This document shows positions 39,067-49,070 of a stretch of DNA of 64,000 nucleotides, one piece after another. Positions within the stretch are counted from its first letter, which is position 1; the number at the start of each line of letters is the position of its first letter. The notes beneath the pieces were generated by a model. It made no database searches, had not been told where the DNA came from, and saw only the letters and a program-made list of their open reading frames with translations. The stretch comes from Promethearchaeota archaeon. Its GTDB lineage: Archaea; Asgardarchaeota; Heimdallarchaeia; Hodarchaeales; Hodarchaeaceae. The stretch lies in the NCBI GenBank assembly GCA_048938105.1, contig JBHLMN010000017.1:64001-128000 (forward strand). Direction: 5' to 3'. The position numbers and the translations under genes were made by a program.

Positions 39067-41297
39067 GTGATGCTATTTTCAATCGTTTTCCTGCATTTAT
39101 TCAAGAATGGATTTACTCGCATGGATGGGAGGAATTACGTGAAATTCAGGTTGCTTCTGCAAATGTAATTTTTAATACAAACGCTCATGTATTGTTGGCA
39201 ACTGGAACTGCCAGTGGGAAAACGGAAGCAGCTTTTTTTCCTGCATTAACATTGATTTATGAAGATCCTCCTGCAAGTATTGGTATCCTTTACATCTCAC
39301 CCTTGAAAGCTTTAATTAATGACCAATTTAATCGCATAGAGGAGTTGTTAGAAGAAGCAGAGATCTCCACTTGGCCCTGGCATGGAGATATTCCTCGAAA
39401 TCTGAAAAGAAAATTACTCGAAAATCCTAATGGAGTTCTTCAAATTACGCCTGAATCTATGGAAAGTTTACTAATAAATAGACACCAAGATCTTCGGAGA
39501 ATGTTTGGAGATCTTCGATTTGTGATAATAGACGAAGTACACGTTTTTATGAATGCAGAGAGAGGAACTCAAATCCTATGTCAATTAGAACGTCTTGGAA
39601 ACATCATTGGATATCATCCCCGTCGTATAGGTCTGTCAGCAACTTTAAGCGATTATAGCTCTGCAGAAAAGTGGTTAAGTTCAGGAACAACCATTTCAAT
39701 TAATACTCCGAAAGTACAAGGATTAATCAAAAGAATTAGATTGGCTGTTGAGAATTTCATTGATCCTAATCCGAACCCTGCTGGAATAATGCAGTATGGT
39801 GAAGGGGGCGAATTAGTTGCCCCAGCTTCAGAACCCTCTTCCGAACCATATCCCTCAAATATGTATTTATTTGATCAAACGTTAAATGTTCAGTGTTTAA
39901 TCTTTACTAACACCCGAGAACGAGCGGAAAGCACAATTAATGCCCTTAGGGCAATTGCTGATCAAAAACGATATCCAAATAGGTACTATGTTCATCATGG
40001 GAGTATTTCTGCTTCTCTAAGGGAGGAAGCTGAATCAATTATGAAAACTGGAGACATCCCTTCTGTTACGGCATGTTCTGTTACGTTGGAATTAGGCATT
40101 GATATTGGATCCTTGGAAAGAATTATTCAGATTGGATCCCCACGAACAGTATCCAGTTTTTTACAACGGCTAGGCCGATCAGGTCGAAAGGAAAAAGATG
40201 TTTCTGAAATCCTTTTCATTCATTCGGAAGAAGAACCTTCGGATAACAAACCATTACCTTACTTGATACCTTGGGAATTGATTCAATCTGTAGCAATCAT
40301 CAATCTTTATTTAGAAGAACGCTGGATTGAACCAATACAAGAGTTAAAATCTCCATTCAGTTTATTATATCACCAAACAATGTCTTCTCTGGCATCTGCA
40401 GGTGAACTCTCTCCTCAATCTCTTGCTCAACGAGTACTCTCCTTGACACCATTCAAGTATGTCTCTCAAGAAGAATATCGAACTCTTATTCATCATCTTA
40501 TAGAATTGAATCATATTGAACAAATTGAAGATGGAGGATTAATTGTAGGCCTTGATGGTGAACGAATTGTTCGAAACTATCGATTTTATGCGGTCTTTCC
40601 TGATGTGGTAGAGTGGACGGTGAAGAACACAGAAGAATTTGATGAGATAGGTAAAATTGGGCAATTATTTCTACCAGGTGATCGGTTTCCCCTAGCAGGA
40701 TATACCTGGGAGGTTAAAGAAATCTATCCTGATCAAAAGGTGATAATTGTATCGAAAGTTGGTGGTCGAACCCGATATTTCTGGCCTGGAGGGATTGCCC
40801 CTGTTCATACTAAAATCCTTCAGAAGATGCGAAAAATCCTGTTTGAAGAAAAGATTTATCCTTACTTACAACCTGGTGCTGTTGAACGAATTCAACAGGT
40901 TAGAACATTAGCCAGAGAAGTAGAAATGGATAGACAAGTCCTTTTTCAGCTTGCTGGTCATAAATTTGTACTTCTACCTTGGGCTGGATCAATTTCGTTT
41001 CGAACAATTAGAAGAATATTGGAATTACATTCTGAAGAATTAGGGATCAGAAGTATTAGCGAACAGTCTCCCTATTTCTTTTTATTTGAAGCGGAAGACC
41101 AATCAAGAGATAGTCTTGAATCAGAGATCAAAAGATTATGTAACAGAATTGAATCACCTGCTGAGCTTATCAAAGAGGATGAAATTTTTGTCTGGCGGAA
41201 ATTTGATCAATTTATCCCGACTGATCTCCAACAACAGACATTAATGAATGACTACTTAGACTTGAAAGAAGTCAAAAGCATTATTAAGAACTGGTGA
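39063..41297 (+). CDS. Lhr-like DEAD/DEAH helicase, copy 1 (Shango SngC-like)
   Basis: TGTASGKTEAA, SPLKALINDQ, ITPES, DEVH, GLSAT, HHGS, TLELGIDIG, QRLGRSGR. ATGA overlap with the ATPase. Confidence 0.92.
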   Translation: MSDAIFNRFPAFIQEWIYSHGWEELREIQVASANVIFNTNAHVLLATGTASGKTEAAFFPALTLIYEDPPASIGILYISPLKALINDQFNRIEELLEEAEISTWPWHGDIPRNLKRKLLENPNGVLQITPESMESLLINRHQDLRRMFGDLRFVIIDEVHVFMNAERGTQILCQLERLGNIIGYHPRRIGLSATLSDYSSAEKWLSSGTTISINTPKVQGLIKRIRLAVENFIDPNPNPAGIMQYGEGGELVAPASEPSSEPYPSNMYLFDQTLNVQCLIFTNTRERAESTINALRAIADQKRYPNRYYVHHGSISASLREEAESIMKTGDIPSVTACSVTLELGIDIGSLERIIQIGSPRTVSSFLQRLGRSGRKEKDVSEILFIHSEEEPSDNKPLPYLIPWELIQSVAIINLYLEERWIEPIQELKSPFSLLYHQTMSSLASAGELSPQSLAQRVLSLTPFKYVSQEEYRTLIHHLIELNHIEQIEDGGLIVGLDGERIVRNYRFYAVFPDVVEWTVKNTEEFDEIGKIGQLFLPGDRFPLAGYTWEVKEIYPDQKVIIVSKVGGRTRYFWPGGIAPVHTKILQKMRKILFEEKIYPYLQPGAVERIQQVRTLAREVEMDRQVLFQLAGHKFVLLPWAGSISFRTIRRILELHSEELGIRSISEQSPYFFLFEAEDQSRDSLESEIKRLCNRIESPAELIKEDEIFVWRKFDQFIPTDLQQQTLMNDYLDLKEVKSIIKNW

Positions 41298-43579
41298 GGG
41301 ACCTGGCCTCAGCTCAATTTTATCGACTTGCTCCATGGATTCAAGAGTGGATTTATAGACAACAATGGGAGGTTTTTAGACCAATTCAAGAAGAGGCCTG
41401 TAAAGTCATTTTCGATACTCCTCATCATCTCCTATTAGCAACTGGAACTGCCAGTGGGAAGACCGAAGCTGCATTATTTCCTATCCTGACTCTATTAGAT
41501 CAAAATCCTTCTGCAACTATTGGTGTTTTATACATTGGACCATTAAAAGCTCTTATTAATGATCAATTCCAGCGAGTTGAAGATCTCCTCCGAGAAGCGG
41601 ATATAAAAGTTTGGCGTTGGCACGGAGATGTACCACAGAGCTACAAAACCAAATTAGTTCGAAATCCAAACGGATTACTGCAAATCACTCCAGAATCATT
41701 AGAAAGCTTGTTGATTAATCGCACAACTGATTTACGTAGACTCTTTGGTGATTTAAGATTCATCATTATTGATGAAGTACATGCATTCATGCCTCAACTA
41801 TCGGATCGCGGAAGACAAGTAATTTGTCAACTTGAGCGGCTTCAAGAGTATATTAACCAAATTCCTCGGCGAATTGGACTCTCTGCTACACTTGGTGATT
41901 ATTCCTATGCTGAATATTGGCTTGCTTCAGGTACAAATTTCCCTGTTATAACTCCTATAACCAACGAACCCTCAAAGAAACTTCGACTTAGTATTGAACA
42001 TTTCACTGAAACAACATGGCATCGAGCAAAGATGAGAGGTCAACCCCCACCACGTGGCCTTGACCTTCCATCACATAGATGGATCTTTGATTTAACTTTA
42101 GGAAGAAAATGCATAATTTTCCAGAATGATAGAGAAAGAACTGAGCTAGTAACTCATGGATTGAGAGAAATCGCTAAATCAAAAGGATTACCAGATGTAT
42201 ATCACTCGCATCATTCATGTATAGCAGGTTTACTTAGAGAAGATGCGGAGGAGTTTTTGAAAGAAAAGAACGGGGTTCCTCATGTTGTTGCAGCAACTAT
42301 GACATTAGAGCTAGGCATTGATATATCTGATGTTGAAAGGATTATCCATGTTGATAGCCCTCATGCTGTCTCCACATTTGTACAACGTTTGGGAAGATCT
42401 GGTCGAGTAAATAACGCGTCAGAGATGTTTTTTGCTGTTTCTGAGAATCCTAAATCTCCTCGTACGCCTCTTGCATATCAACTCCCTTATCGATTATTGC
42501 AAGCCATAGCAGTTGTCCAACTCTATCTTGATGAACGATGGATTGAACCAGCACTCCCACTTAAGAAACCGTTTTCAATTTTATTTCACCAAACCATGTC
42601 GATTCTAGCTTCCGCTGGTGAACTCTCTCCTCAAGCGTTAGCTCAAAGGGTATTATCACTTTCTCCTTTCAAGAATATTACTCAGCCTGAATTTCGCGTA
42701 TTGTTAAACTACCTTATTAATAATGAGTATATTGAGCAAATTCAAGATGGTGGCTTGATTCTTGGACTAGCTGGAGAGAAGATAGTCCGAAACTACCGTT
42801 TTTATGCGGTATTTCGAGACTATGCGGTAGATTACTCAGTGAAGGAGGGGACGCGTGAGATTGGCCATATTGAACAACTACTCGAACCAGGTGATCAATT
42901 ATTAATTGGGGGGTATCCTTACCGAATAACTCAAGCTTATCCTAAACAAAAACTCATGCTAGCTGAAAAGATATCGGAAAAACCATTATATGTGTGGCCA
43001 GGGAGAATCGCTCCTGTACATACTAGAGTAGTTCAACGAATGCGACGTTCTCTCTTTGAGGAAAAATCTTATTCATTCCTTCAGAGAGGTGCACGAATTC
43101 GTCTGGAAGAAGGCCGATTATTTGCTAAAAAGCATCAATTAGATAAAAGGGTCTTATTAAAAGAGTCAAAAAACAGATATAGCCTACTACCATGGATGGG
43201 ATCCACACCGTTTAGAACACTTCTTCGTATATTAAAATTTCTGGGTCCTAACACCTTAGGGATAAATTGGGTGCAACCTGAACCTGTAACAACAACGGAT
43301 CCCCATCTTCCAGTCCATGTTATTCAATTTGAAACCAGTAGTTATAATAACGCCAATTCGCTTTATAATGACCTATACAAACTAGTAGAAAACGTTTCAG
43401 AGAAAGAGCTACACCAACTATATGATCAGTCTGAAAAATTCATTTATGAAAGATATCACCACTTATTACCAGTAGAATTACAACGGGAGGTATTAATTCA
43501 TAATTATCTGGATCTTAAAGAGGTAAAGAGTGTTATTCGTACGTGGGAGGATTATTCTATTTATTGGCAAACAGATTAA
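41294..43579 (+). CDS. Lhr-like DEAD/DEAH helicase, copy 2 (Shango SngC-like)
   Basis: Same motif set (TGTASGKT, DEVH, GLSAT, TLELGIDI, QRLGRSGR). GTGA overlap with copy 1. Confidence 0.92.
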   Translation: MRDLASAQFYRLAPWIQEWIYRQQWEVFRPIQEEACKVIFDTPHHLLLATGTASGKTEAALFPILTLLDQNPSATIGVLYIGPLKALINDQFQRVEDLLREADIKVWRWHGDVPQSYKTKLVRNPNGLLQITPESLESLLINRTTDLRRLFGDLRFIIIDEVHAFMPQLSDRGRQVICQLERLQEYINQIPRRIGLSATLGDYSYAEYWLASGTNFPVITPITNEPSKKLRLSIEHFTETTWHRAKMRGQPPPRGLDLPSHRWIFDLTLGRKCIIFQNDRERTELVTHGLREIAKSKGLPDVYHSHHSCIAGLLREDAEEFLKEKNGVPHVVAATMTLELGIDISDVERIIHVDSPHAVSTFVQRLGRSGRVNNASEMFFAVSENPKSPRTPLAYQLPYRLLQAIAVVQLYLDERWIEPALPLKKPFSILFHQTMSILASAGELSPQALAQRVLSLSPFKNITQPEFRVLLNYLINNEYIEQIQDGGLILGLAGEKIVRNYRFYAVFRDYAVDYSVKEGTREIGHIEQLLEPGDQLLIGGYPYRITQAYPKQKLMLAEKISEKPLYVWPGRIAPVHTRVVQRMRRSLFEEKSYSFLQRGARIRLEEGRLFAKKHQLDKRVLLKESKNRYSLLPWMGSTPFRTLLRILKFLGPNTLGINWVQPEPVTTTDPHLPVHVIQFETSSYNNANSLYNDLYKLVENVSEKELHQLYDQSEKFIYERYHHLLPVELQREVLIHNYLDLKEVKSVIRTWEDYSIYWQTD

Positions 43580-43651
43580 AAGATATTTAAGAAAATTTTT
43601 AGGCTATCATCAAGTAAAAGAAGTTTAATTCCCATCTAGAACTGAGTAAAA

Positions 43652-44911
43652 TTATGTTAAACGTTTAAGTTTCTCTAATACTATGTAGTAGGCTTTTTTT
43701 TCTAATTCTTCAAGTAATATGCTTTTACCATTTAAGAAGAAGTCAATAATATAGGGATGAGCTGCTTGAGGAATGCTTAATTTCTTGAATTCGCTTTTAT
43801 CCAACTCATAGACATCTTCAGGATGTTTTTCTAGAAGCCCAGCAGCTTTGTTTAATTGGTATGTTTCACCAGAAGATTTCTCTCGAATAATATTTGAGTC
43901 TACGTAGGCTGCTCTCATTAAGATTTCAACAAGTCGGAGATTATTTTCAATCCGTCCAGGGGGAATATAACGCCTAGCAGTATAGGGAAGTTTGAACTCG
44001 TGATTAAATTTGTATGCTTTTACTTCTGGATAAATGAGATTGAATTTTTTTAATTGAAAATGATCTAATGTCCCATATTTGTTATTATTGCCGTATAACT
44101 GGCGATATTTAGATAATAAATGAGGATAATGTTTTTGGATTGTACGAAAAAACCCATTCTTATTTCTCCCAGGTTTTAAGGTTAAAGACCACACATAAAC
44201 AAACTCTGCACCAGTTTTTTTCGCTTTTTGAAATAGTAAATGCATATTTTCATCTGTATCCCCAATAAATGGTAAAGGGGGATAAAAATATACCCCTGAA
44301 TGAATCCCTTCTTCTCTTAGTTTCTGAATTGCTTTAAAGCGTTCAGAGGTTGTGCTTGCGTTGGGTTCAAAAATTCTTTGAGCATCTTCGTCCGCTAATG
44401 TAATACTGAAATTTACTGCTGCATATGTTTTCTCATTTATCTTCTTAAATAAGTCTAGATCTCTCAGAACAAGTGCACTTTTTGTTAATATTTGTACAGG
44501 AACATTGTACATATAAGCAAGGTGTAATAAGGTTCGAGTCATCTTCACCTGTTTCTCTGCAGGTTGATAAACATCGCACACCCCTCCTCCAATAAACAGG
44601 ATGAAAGTTGGTTTGGGGGATCTTTTTTTTATTTTTAGATGGTCATCCAAGGTGGAACCTGATATCATTCCATGCTGTTTTAAAAATCGTTCAAGTAAGT
44701 GAGGAGCATTCCTTTTGACACGGATACGATTACCAAAGTCCTCATGCATGTGGTATACTTCAGATTTACCATCACAATACTGACAATCGTGATAGCATCC
44801 TTGATAAGGATTTAGATAGTATTCCGTCCAAGAGAAAAGTGAAGGCGAACTTTTACGCATCAGAGTCTTGGCATTATACTCTTCTACTATCATTGGGTAC
44901 TCACGTGTCAT
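43652..44911 (-). CDS. Radical SAM protein (SplB/Rv2578c-like DNA-repair family)
   Basis: LNPYQGCYHDCQYC (CxxxCxxC), DVYQPAE, ILTKSALVLRDLD, FEPNASTTSERF. Confidence 0.88.
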   Translation of the reverse strand: MTREYPMIVEEYNAKTLMRKSSPSLFSWTEYYLNPYQGCYHDCQYCDGKSEVYHMHEDFGNRIRVKRNAPHLLERFLKQHGMISGSTLDDHLKIKKRSPKPTFILFIGGGVCDVYQPAEKQVKMTRTLLHLAYMYNVPVQILTKSALVLRDLDLFKKINEKTYAAVNFSITLADEDAQRIFEPNASTTSERFKAIQKLREEGIHSGVYFYPPLPFIGDTDENMHLLFQKAKKTGAEFVYVWSLTLKPGRNKNGFFRTIQKHYPHLLSKYRQLYGNNNKYGTLDHFQLKKFNLIYPEVKAYKFNHEFKLPYTARRYIPPGRIENNLRLVEILMRAAYVDSNIIREKSSGETYQLNKAAGLLEKHPEDVYELDKSEFKKLSIPQAAHPYIIDFFLNGKSILLEELEKKAYYIVLEKLKRLT

Positions 44912-45007
44912 TTAAGAATAGCTAAATTGAATAAAGAATCTCTTGTTTTAATAATTTGATCCCTGATTAGCCATTATTTTCTTCCTGATTTTATTGGGAT
45001 TAAGTAA

Positions 45008-45703
45008 TTATAACCCTGAGATTTCTTTTTTGAGGAGAATGAAAACTTCATTGAAATGTTCCTTATATTTAGGATTAATTTCATTAATCATTTTAAGAAA
45101 ATCGTACAGTACTCCCATATCTAACTTTTCTTTCGCAATTATGTCTTCATGATCTACTAACCAGTTACCTAATACCTTGTAATATTGCTGTTTAGTTTCT
45201 AATAGTTTTTGTGGTAAATTTGAATAATCCTTAGGAAGAGATAATTCTAAAATATTAGCAAATTTTTGAAATTCATTGAATCGTTTAGTATAACTTTCGA
45301 AACTAATTTTTTCACTCCCAACGAAAAGATTTCGTGCCACACGTCCAAAATACTTAACTTTATTGCGTCCATGAGGCCCTTTCTGCAACGTAGCTACAAC
45401 TTTGATTAATCCAATTTCTTGGAGAGTATCTAAGTGAAAATAAAGATTCGTCGAACTCATAACAATTTCTTTTCTTTTCTCTAATAATTCTTTGATTTCA
45501 ATCACATTAAGCGCATGTCGCATCACAGATCTTCCATCTGGAGACATCTCTTCTATTCCTTCTCTTAATAGCTTAACAATTTCACTTTTCACTGGATGGG
45601 AATAGTATTTATCTTTAGGAACGTCTATATATGCGAAGGAGGGGATCTTATCCCAATGATCAAATAGTAGCTGATGCTTGTTAGTCATTTTAGGATCACT
45701 CAT
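45008..45703 (-). CDS. Winged-HTH (ArsR-like) transcriptional regulator
   Basis: HPVKSEIVKLL...TNLYFHLDTLQEIGLIKVV...KYFGRVA. Divergent from the AKR operon. Confidence 0.75.
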   Translation of the reverse strand: MSDPKMTNKHQLLFDHWDKIPSFAYIDVPKDKYYSHPVKSEIVKLLREGIEEMSPDGRSVMRHALNVIEIKELLEKRKEIVMSSTNLYFHLDTLQEIGLIKVVATLQKGPHGRNKVKYFGRVARNLFVGSEKISFESYTKRFNEFQKFANILELSLPKDYSNLPQKLLETKQQYYKVLGNWLVDHEDIIAKEKLDMGVLYDFLKMINEINPKYKEHFNEVFILLKKEISGL

Positions 45704-45795
45704 AAATTATTTCATTCTTTAATATATGGAAGGCTTATTATTGGTTTTTTATACTCTTCAGTTAGCCACATTCGAAAACTATATATCAGATTTTA

Positions 45796-45853
45796 CGTTT
45801 CAAATTGAACTTGAAATAAATTTCTAAACGCTTCAAGAAGGGCTTGAAACGTT
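45796..45853. promoter_or_regulatory. Two tandem palindromic operator sites (YTTCAA-N7-TTGAAA)
   Basis: TTTCAA-attgaac-TTGAAA (45798-45816) and AACGCTTCAAG-aaggg-CTTGAAACGTT (45827-45853), 33 bp apart, in the divergent promoter region. Confidence 0.7.
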
Positions 45854-45892
45854 CCATTTTACTTTAGAATCAGCTAGGGAAGATAATCAAGA

Positions 45893-46921
45893 ATGAAATT
45901 ATACACAAGAAAATTGGGTAAGAGTAATATCAAAGTTAGTGCAATGGGAATGGGTTGTTTTGCGATTGGAGGACCTTTTAAGAATGAGGATGGTCGTCTT
46001 TTTGCCTATGGAAATGTAAATGATCAAGAATCAATAGAAACAATACATAAGGCTTTGGAAATTGGAGTGAACATATTTGACACTGCCGAGGCTTATGGAC
46101 AAGGTCATAGTGAAGAAGTGCTAGGCCTGGCTTTAAAAGGTAGGAGAGACGACGTTGTCATCGCAACTAAATTCAGGAGTGTATATGACCCAAAAAAGCA
46201 AACAAATGTTGATAAAAAAATTATTCTAGATAAATTGCAAGATTCTGTTAATAAAAGCCTGAACAGATTACAAACAGATTACATAGATATTTATCAGTTA
46301 CATAATTCTCGTCAAGATCCTTCAAGTGCTTTATTAATCAGGGATTGTCTAGAAGAATTAGTAGATGAAGGAAAAATTCGTTATTATGGTTGGAGTACAG
46401 ATGATCCCAATCGAGCAAAAGAGTTTGCTAAAGAAAAGCATTGTGTGGCATTACAGTATGTTTTAACGCTTACTCGGATAAATACACCGATAGCAGAATT
46501 GTGTGAAGAAAATAACTTGGCAGGGATTATTCGGAGCCCCTTCGCAAGTGGAACTTTAACAGGAAAATACACCAGAGACACTAAGCGTAGTTCAGATCAT
46601 ATGTTATCAGAAGTTGATTTTAACACTAAGCGTTATATTAAAACATTCCAGGCTTTAGACCAGTTGAAAGAGTTATTAACGGAACATGGTCGGACTTTAG
46701 TTCAAGGAATTCTTGGATTTATTTGGACGAAGAATGATCGTGCTATTCCTATTCCAGGAGCAAAAACAGTTGACCAAATAACTGAAAACGCGAAGTCTCT
46801 GGAATTAGGCCCCATTTCACAGCAATTAATGAGTGAAATTGATTCAATATTCTCAGATTTGCAGCTAGATTTCTCTTATGATAATTTTACTTACTATAAA
46901 GAAAATAAAAAGGACAGATAA
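45893..46921 (+). CDS. Aldo/keto reductase
   Basis: RKLGKS, FDTAEAYG, IATKF, LQTDYIDIYQLH, PIPGAKT. Confidence 0.93.
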   Translation: MKLYTRKLGKSNIKVSAMGMGCFAIGGPFKNEDGRLFAYGNVNDQESIETIHKALEIGVNIFDTAEAYGQGHSEEVLGLALKGRRDDVVIATKFRSVYDPKKQTNVDKKIILDKLQDSVNKSLNRLQTDYIDIYQLHNSRQDPSSALLIRDCLEELVDEGKIRYYGWSTDDPNRAKEFAKEKHCVALQYVLTLTRINTPIAELCEENNLAGIIRSPFASGTLTGKYTRDTKRSSDHMLSEVDFNTKRYIKTFQALDQLKELLTEHGRTLVQGILGFIWTKNDRAIPIPGAKTVDQITENAKSLELGPISQQLMSEIDSIFSDLQLDFSYDNFTYYKENKKDR

Positions 46922-46924
46922 TCC

Positions 46925-48007
46925 ATGAAATTTCGAAAATTAGGAAAAAGCGGAATGCATGTTTCTCTCATTAGTTTTGGGACAATGGCGTATGGAGGAG
47001 CACAATATAAATTCACAGAAAATCCAATTTCTAAAGAAGATGCCTTAAGATGTCTTGAAAAAGCAAGTGACTTAGAGATTAACTATATAGATTGTGCTGA
47101 TATCTATGGGGCTTATGGTCAAGCTGAAAATATCATTGGGGAGTTCATTCAAGAACATGCTCGCTCAAACTTTGTAATCAGTAGTAAGGTCATGTTTCCA
47201 ATGAGTACAAATGTTAATGATCGAGGACTTAGTAAAAAACACATCTATGAATCAATAAATAATACATTAAAACGTCTTAAAACTGATTATCTCGATGTAT
47301 ATTACTGTCATAGGTATGATTTTGCTACCCCACTGGAAGAAACTATAACTGCAATGAATAATTTGATCGATCAAGGTAAAATACTCCATTGGGCAACGTC
47401 AAACTGGAGAGCAGTTCAATTAGAACGTACTTTTGGTATTACATCAAGATTAGGATTAGAACCTCCTGTATGTGATCAAACTAAGTATAATATGTTTCAG
47501 AGATATGCGGTAGAAATTGAATTACCTTATACAGCTGATCACTACGGTTTAGGTGTTGTTGCTTACAGAATATTAGCTGAAGGATTGTTAACAGAAAAAT
47601 ATAAACTTTTAAAACTTGAAAAACTTTCCAAAGAAGATGAAAGACATTTTTCTGGTTATTTGGAGAACGACCCTCTGATTATCGAGAAAATCAACCAATT
47701 ACTTGAAGTAGCAGATGAGCTAGAAATTACACTTCCGCAACTTGTATTTGCCTGGAGTTTGCAGATTCCTTATATCGACACTGTATTAATGAGTACAAGG
47801 AATCCTGATCGAATTGAGGAAAATGTTCAGGCAATTAGTATTAAATTGAAACCAGATATTTGCGAGAAAATAGAATTGATTTTGAACAATCGGCCTATGC
47901 CGATTAGAAGAGGGATTACTGAATCATTTGTTGATTTCAATAATTTTATTCTTCAAAATCCCAAAGCAAAAATTGGGAAATTCCCTCCAGATCCACAGAC
48001 ATTTTAA
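46925..48007 (+). CDS. Aldo/keto reductase (Kv-beta-like subgroup)
   Basis: IDCADIYG, ISSKV, GLSKKHI, LKTDYLDVYYCHRYD..TPLEET. Confidence 0.92.
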   Translation: MKFRKLGKSGMHVSLISFGTMAYGGAQYKFTENPISKEDALRCLEKASDLEINYIDCADIYGAYGQAENIIGEFIQEHARSNFVISSKVMFPMSTNVNDRGLSKKHIYESINNTLKRLKTDYLDVYYCHRYDFATPLEETITAMNNLIDQGKILHWATSNWRAVQLERTFGITSRLGLEPPVCDQTKYNMFQRYAVEIELPYTADHYGLGVVAYRILAEGLLTEKYKLLKLEKLSKEDERHFSGYLENDPLIIEKINQLLEVADELEITLPQLVFAWSLQIPYIDTVLMSTRNPDRIEENVQAISIKLKPDICEKIELILNNRPMPIRRGITESFVDFNNFILQNPKAKIGKFPPDPQTF

Positions 48008-48029
48008 TCGTCATAAAAGAGGTTTTCAA

Positions 48030-49031
48030 ATGAAATACAGAAAAATGGGAAAACATGGAATGAAACTCTCAGAAATTAGTATTGGAACTATGTATTATGG
48101 TTCATATATCAAAAAGGAAGCTGCATTAGCGTGCTTAATGGAAGCCTTGAATCAAGGAATTAACTTCATCGATTGTGCTGATAGATATGGTATCGATGAT
48201 TCTGAACTTCCAATAGATCAACGAATACGTGCAGAAGTCATCCTTTGTGAATTTCTACAGGATCAAGACCGCGATGACTTAGTAATCAGCAGCAAAGTCT
48301 TCAAACAATTACGTGAAAGTCCAAATAGTGGAGGCTTATCACGTAAACATATTAGAGAATCAATTAGAGACTCGTTGAAATATCTTCAAACCAATTATCT
48401 GGATATTTATTATTGTCATAGACCAGATCGTGAAACTCCTTTAGCAGAAACAATTAGAACTATGACTAATCTAATCGAAGAAGGACTTGTACATTATTGG
48501 GGAACCAGTTGGTGGCCTCCATTTCTTGTAGAAAGAACTATAGGAATCGCTAAAGAGCATGGATTAATACCTCCCGCTGTTGAAGAACCACCTTATCATA
48601 TAAATGCACGTTTTATTGAAGTAGAGCTCTTTGATGTTGCAAACTACCATGGGTTAGGAATTACAGCTTTTGAAGCTTTGGCTGGAGGATTTTATACTGG
48701 AAAATATGTTGATGGAATACCAGAAGAAAGTCGTTTCTCTATTGACCTTATTAGGGAAGGAATACCACCAGGGTTGTTTGAAAAACGTAGACCACAAATA
48801 TTAAAGCTTATAGAAGTAGCAAACTCTCTTGAGATACCTTTGAGTCAGTTAGCGTTAGCATGGGTCTTACGTAATCCCGAAATTTCATCAACTATTATGG
48901 GTGCTTCGAAACCTGAACAAGTAAGTGAGAATGCGGGAGCATGCGATGTAAGCTTAGATGAAGAGACATTAGAGAAGATAGAAGAAATATTAGATAACAA
49001 ACCGACAACACCTTTTAGACAATGGGGTTGA
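48030..49031 (+). CDS. Aldo/keto reductase (Kv-beta-like subgroup)
   Basis: MKYRKMGK start at ATG 48030; IDCADRYG, GLSRKHI, YYCHRPD.ETPL, YWGTSWW, IMGASKPEQ. Confidence 0.92.
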   Translation: MKYRKMGKHGMKLSEISIGTMYYGSYIKKEAALACLMEALNQGINFIDCADRYGIDDSELPIDQRIRAEVILCEFLQDQDRDDLVISSKVFKQLRESPNSGGLSRKHIRESIRDSLKYLQTNYLDIYYCHRPDRETPLAETIRTMTNLIEEGLVHYWGTSWWPPFLVERTIGIAKEHGLIPPAVEEPPYHINARFIEVELFDVANYHGLGITAFEALAGGFYTGKYVDGIPEESRFSIDLIREGIPPGLFEKRRPQILKLIEVANSLEIPLSQLALAWVLRNPEISSTIMGASKPEQVSENAGACDVSLDEETLEKIEEILDNKPTTPFRQWG

Positions 49032-49070
49032 CAAGAAAGAGGAAACTAATTCAAGACGTTCAGTTGGGGT

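Noticed and set aside
37735-43579. BREX system (BrxD + BrxHI-like helicase)
   Set aside because: No PglZ, PglX or BrxC genes are present. The upstream TerB_N/TerB_C gene fits Shango better.
47928-48029. N-terminal extension of the third AKR overlapping the second
   Set aside because: AKR homology starts at MKYRKMGK (ATG 48030) after a GAGG RBS. The extension is an ORF-caller artefact.
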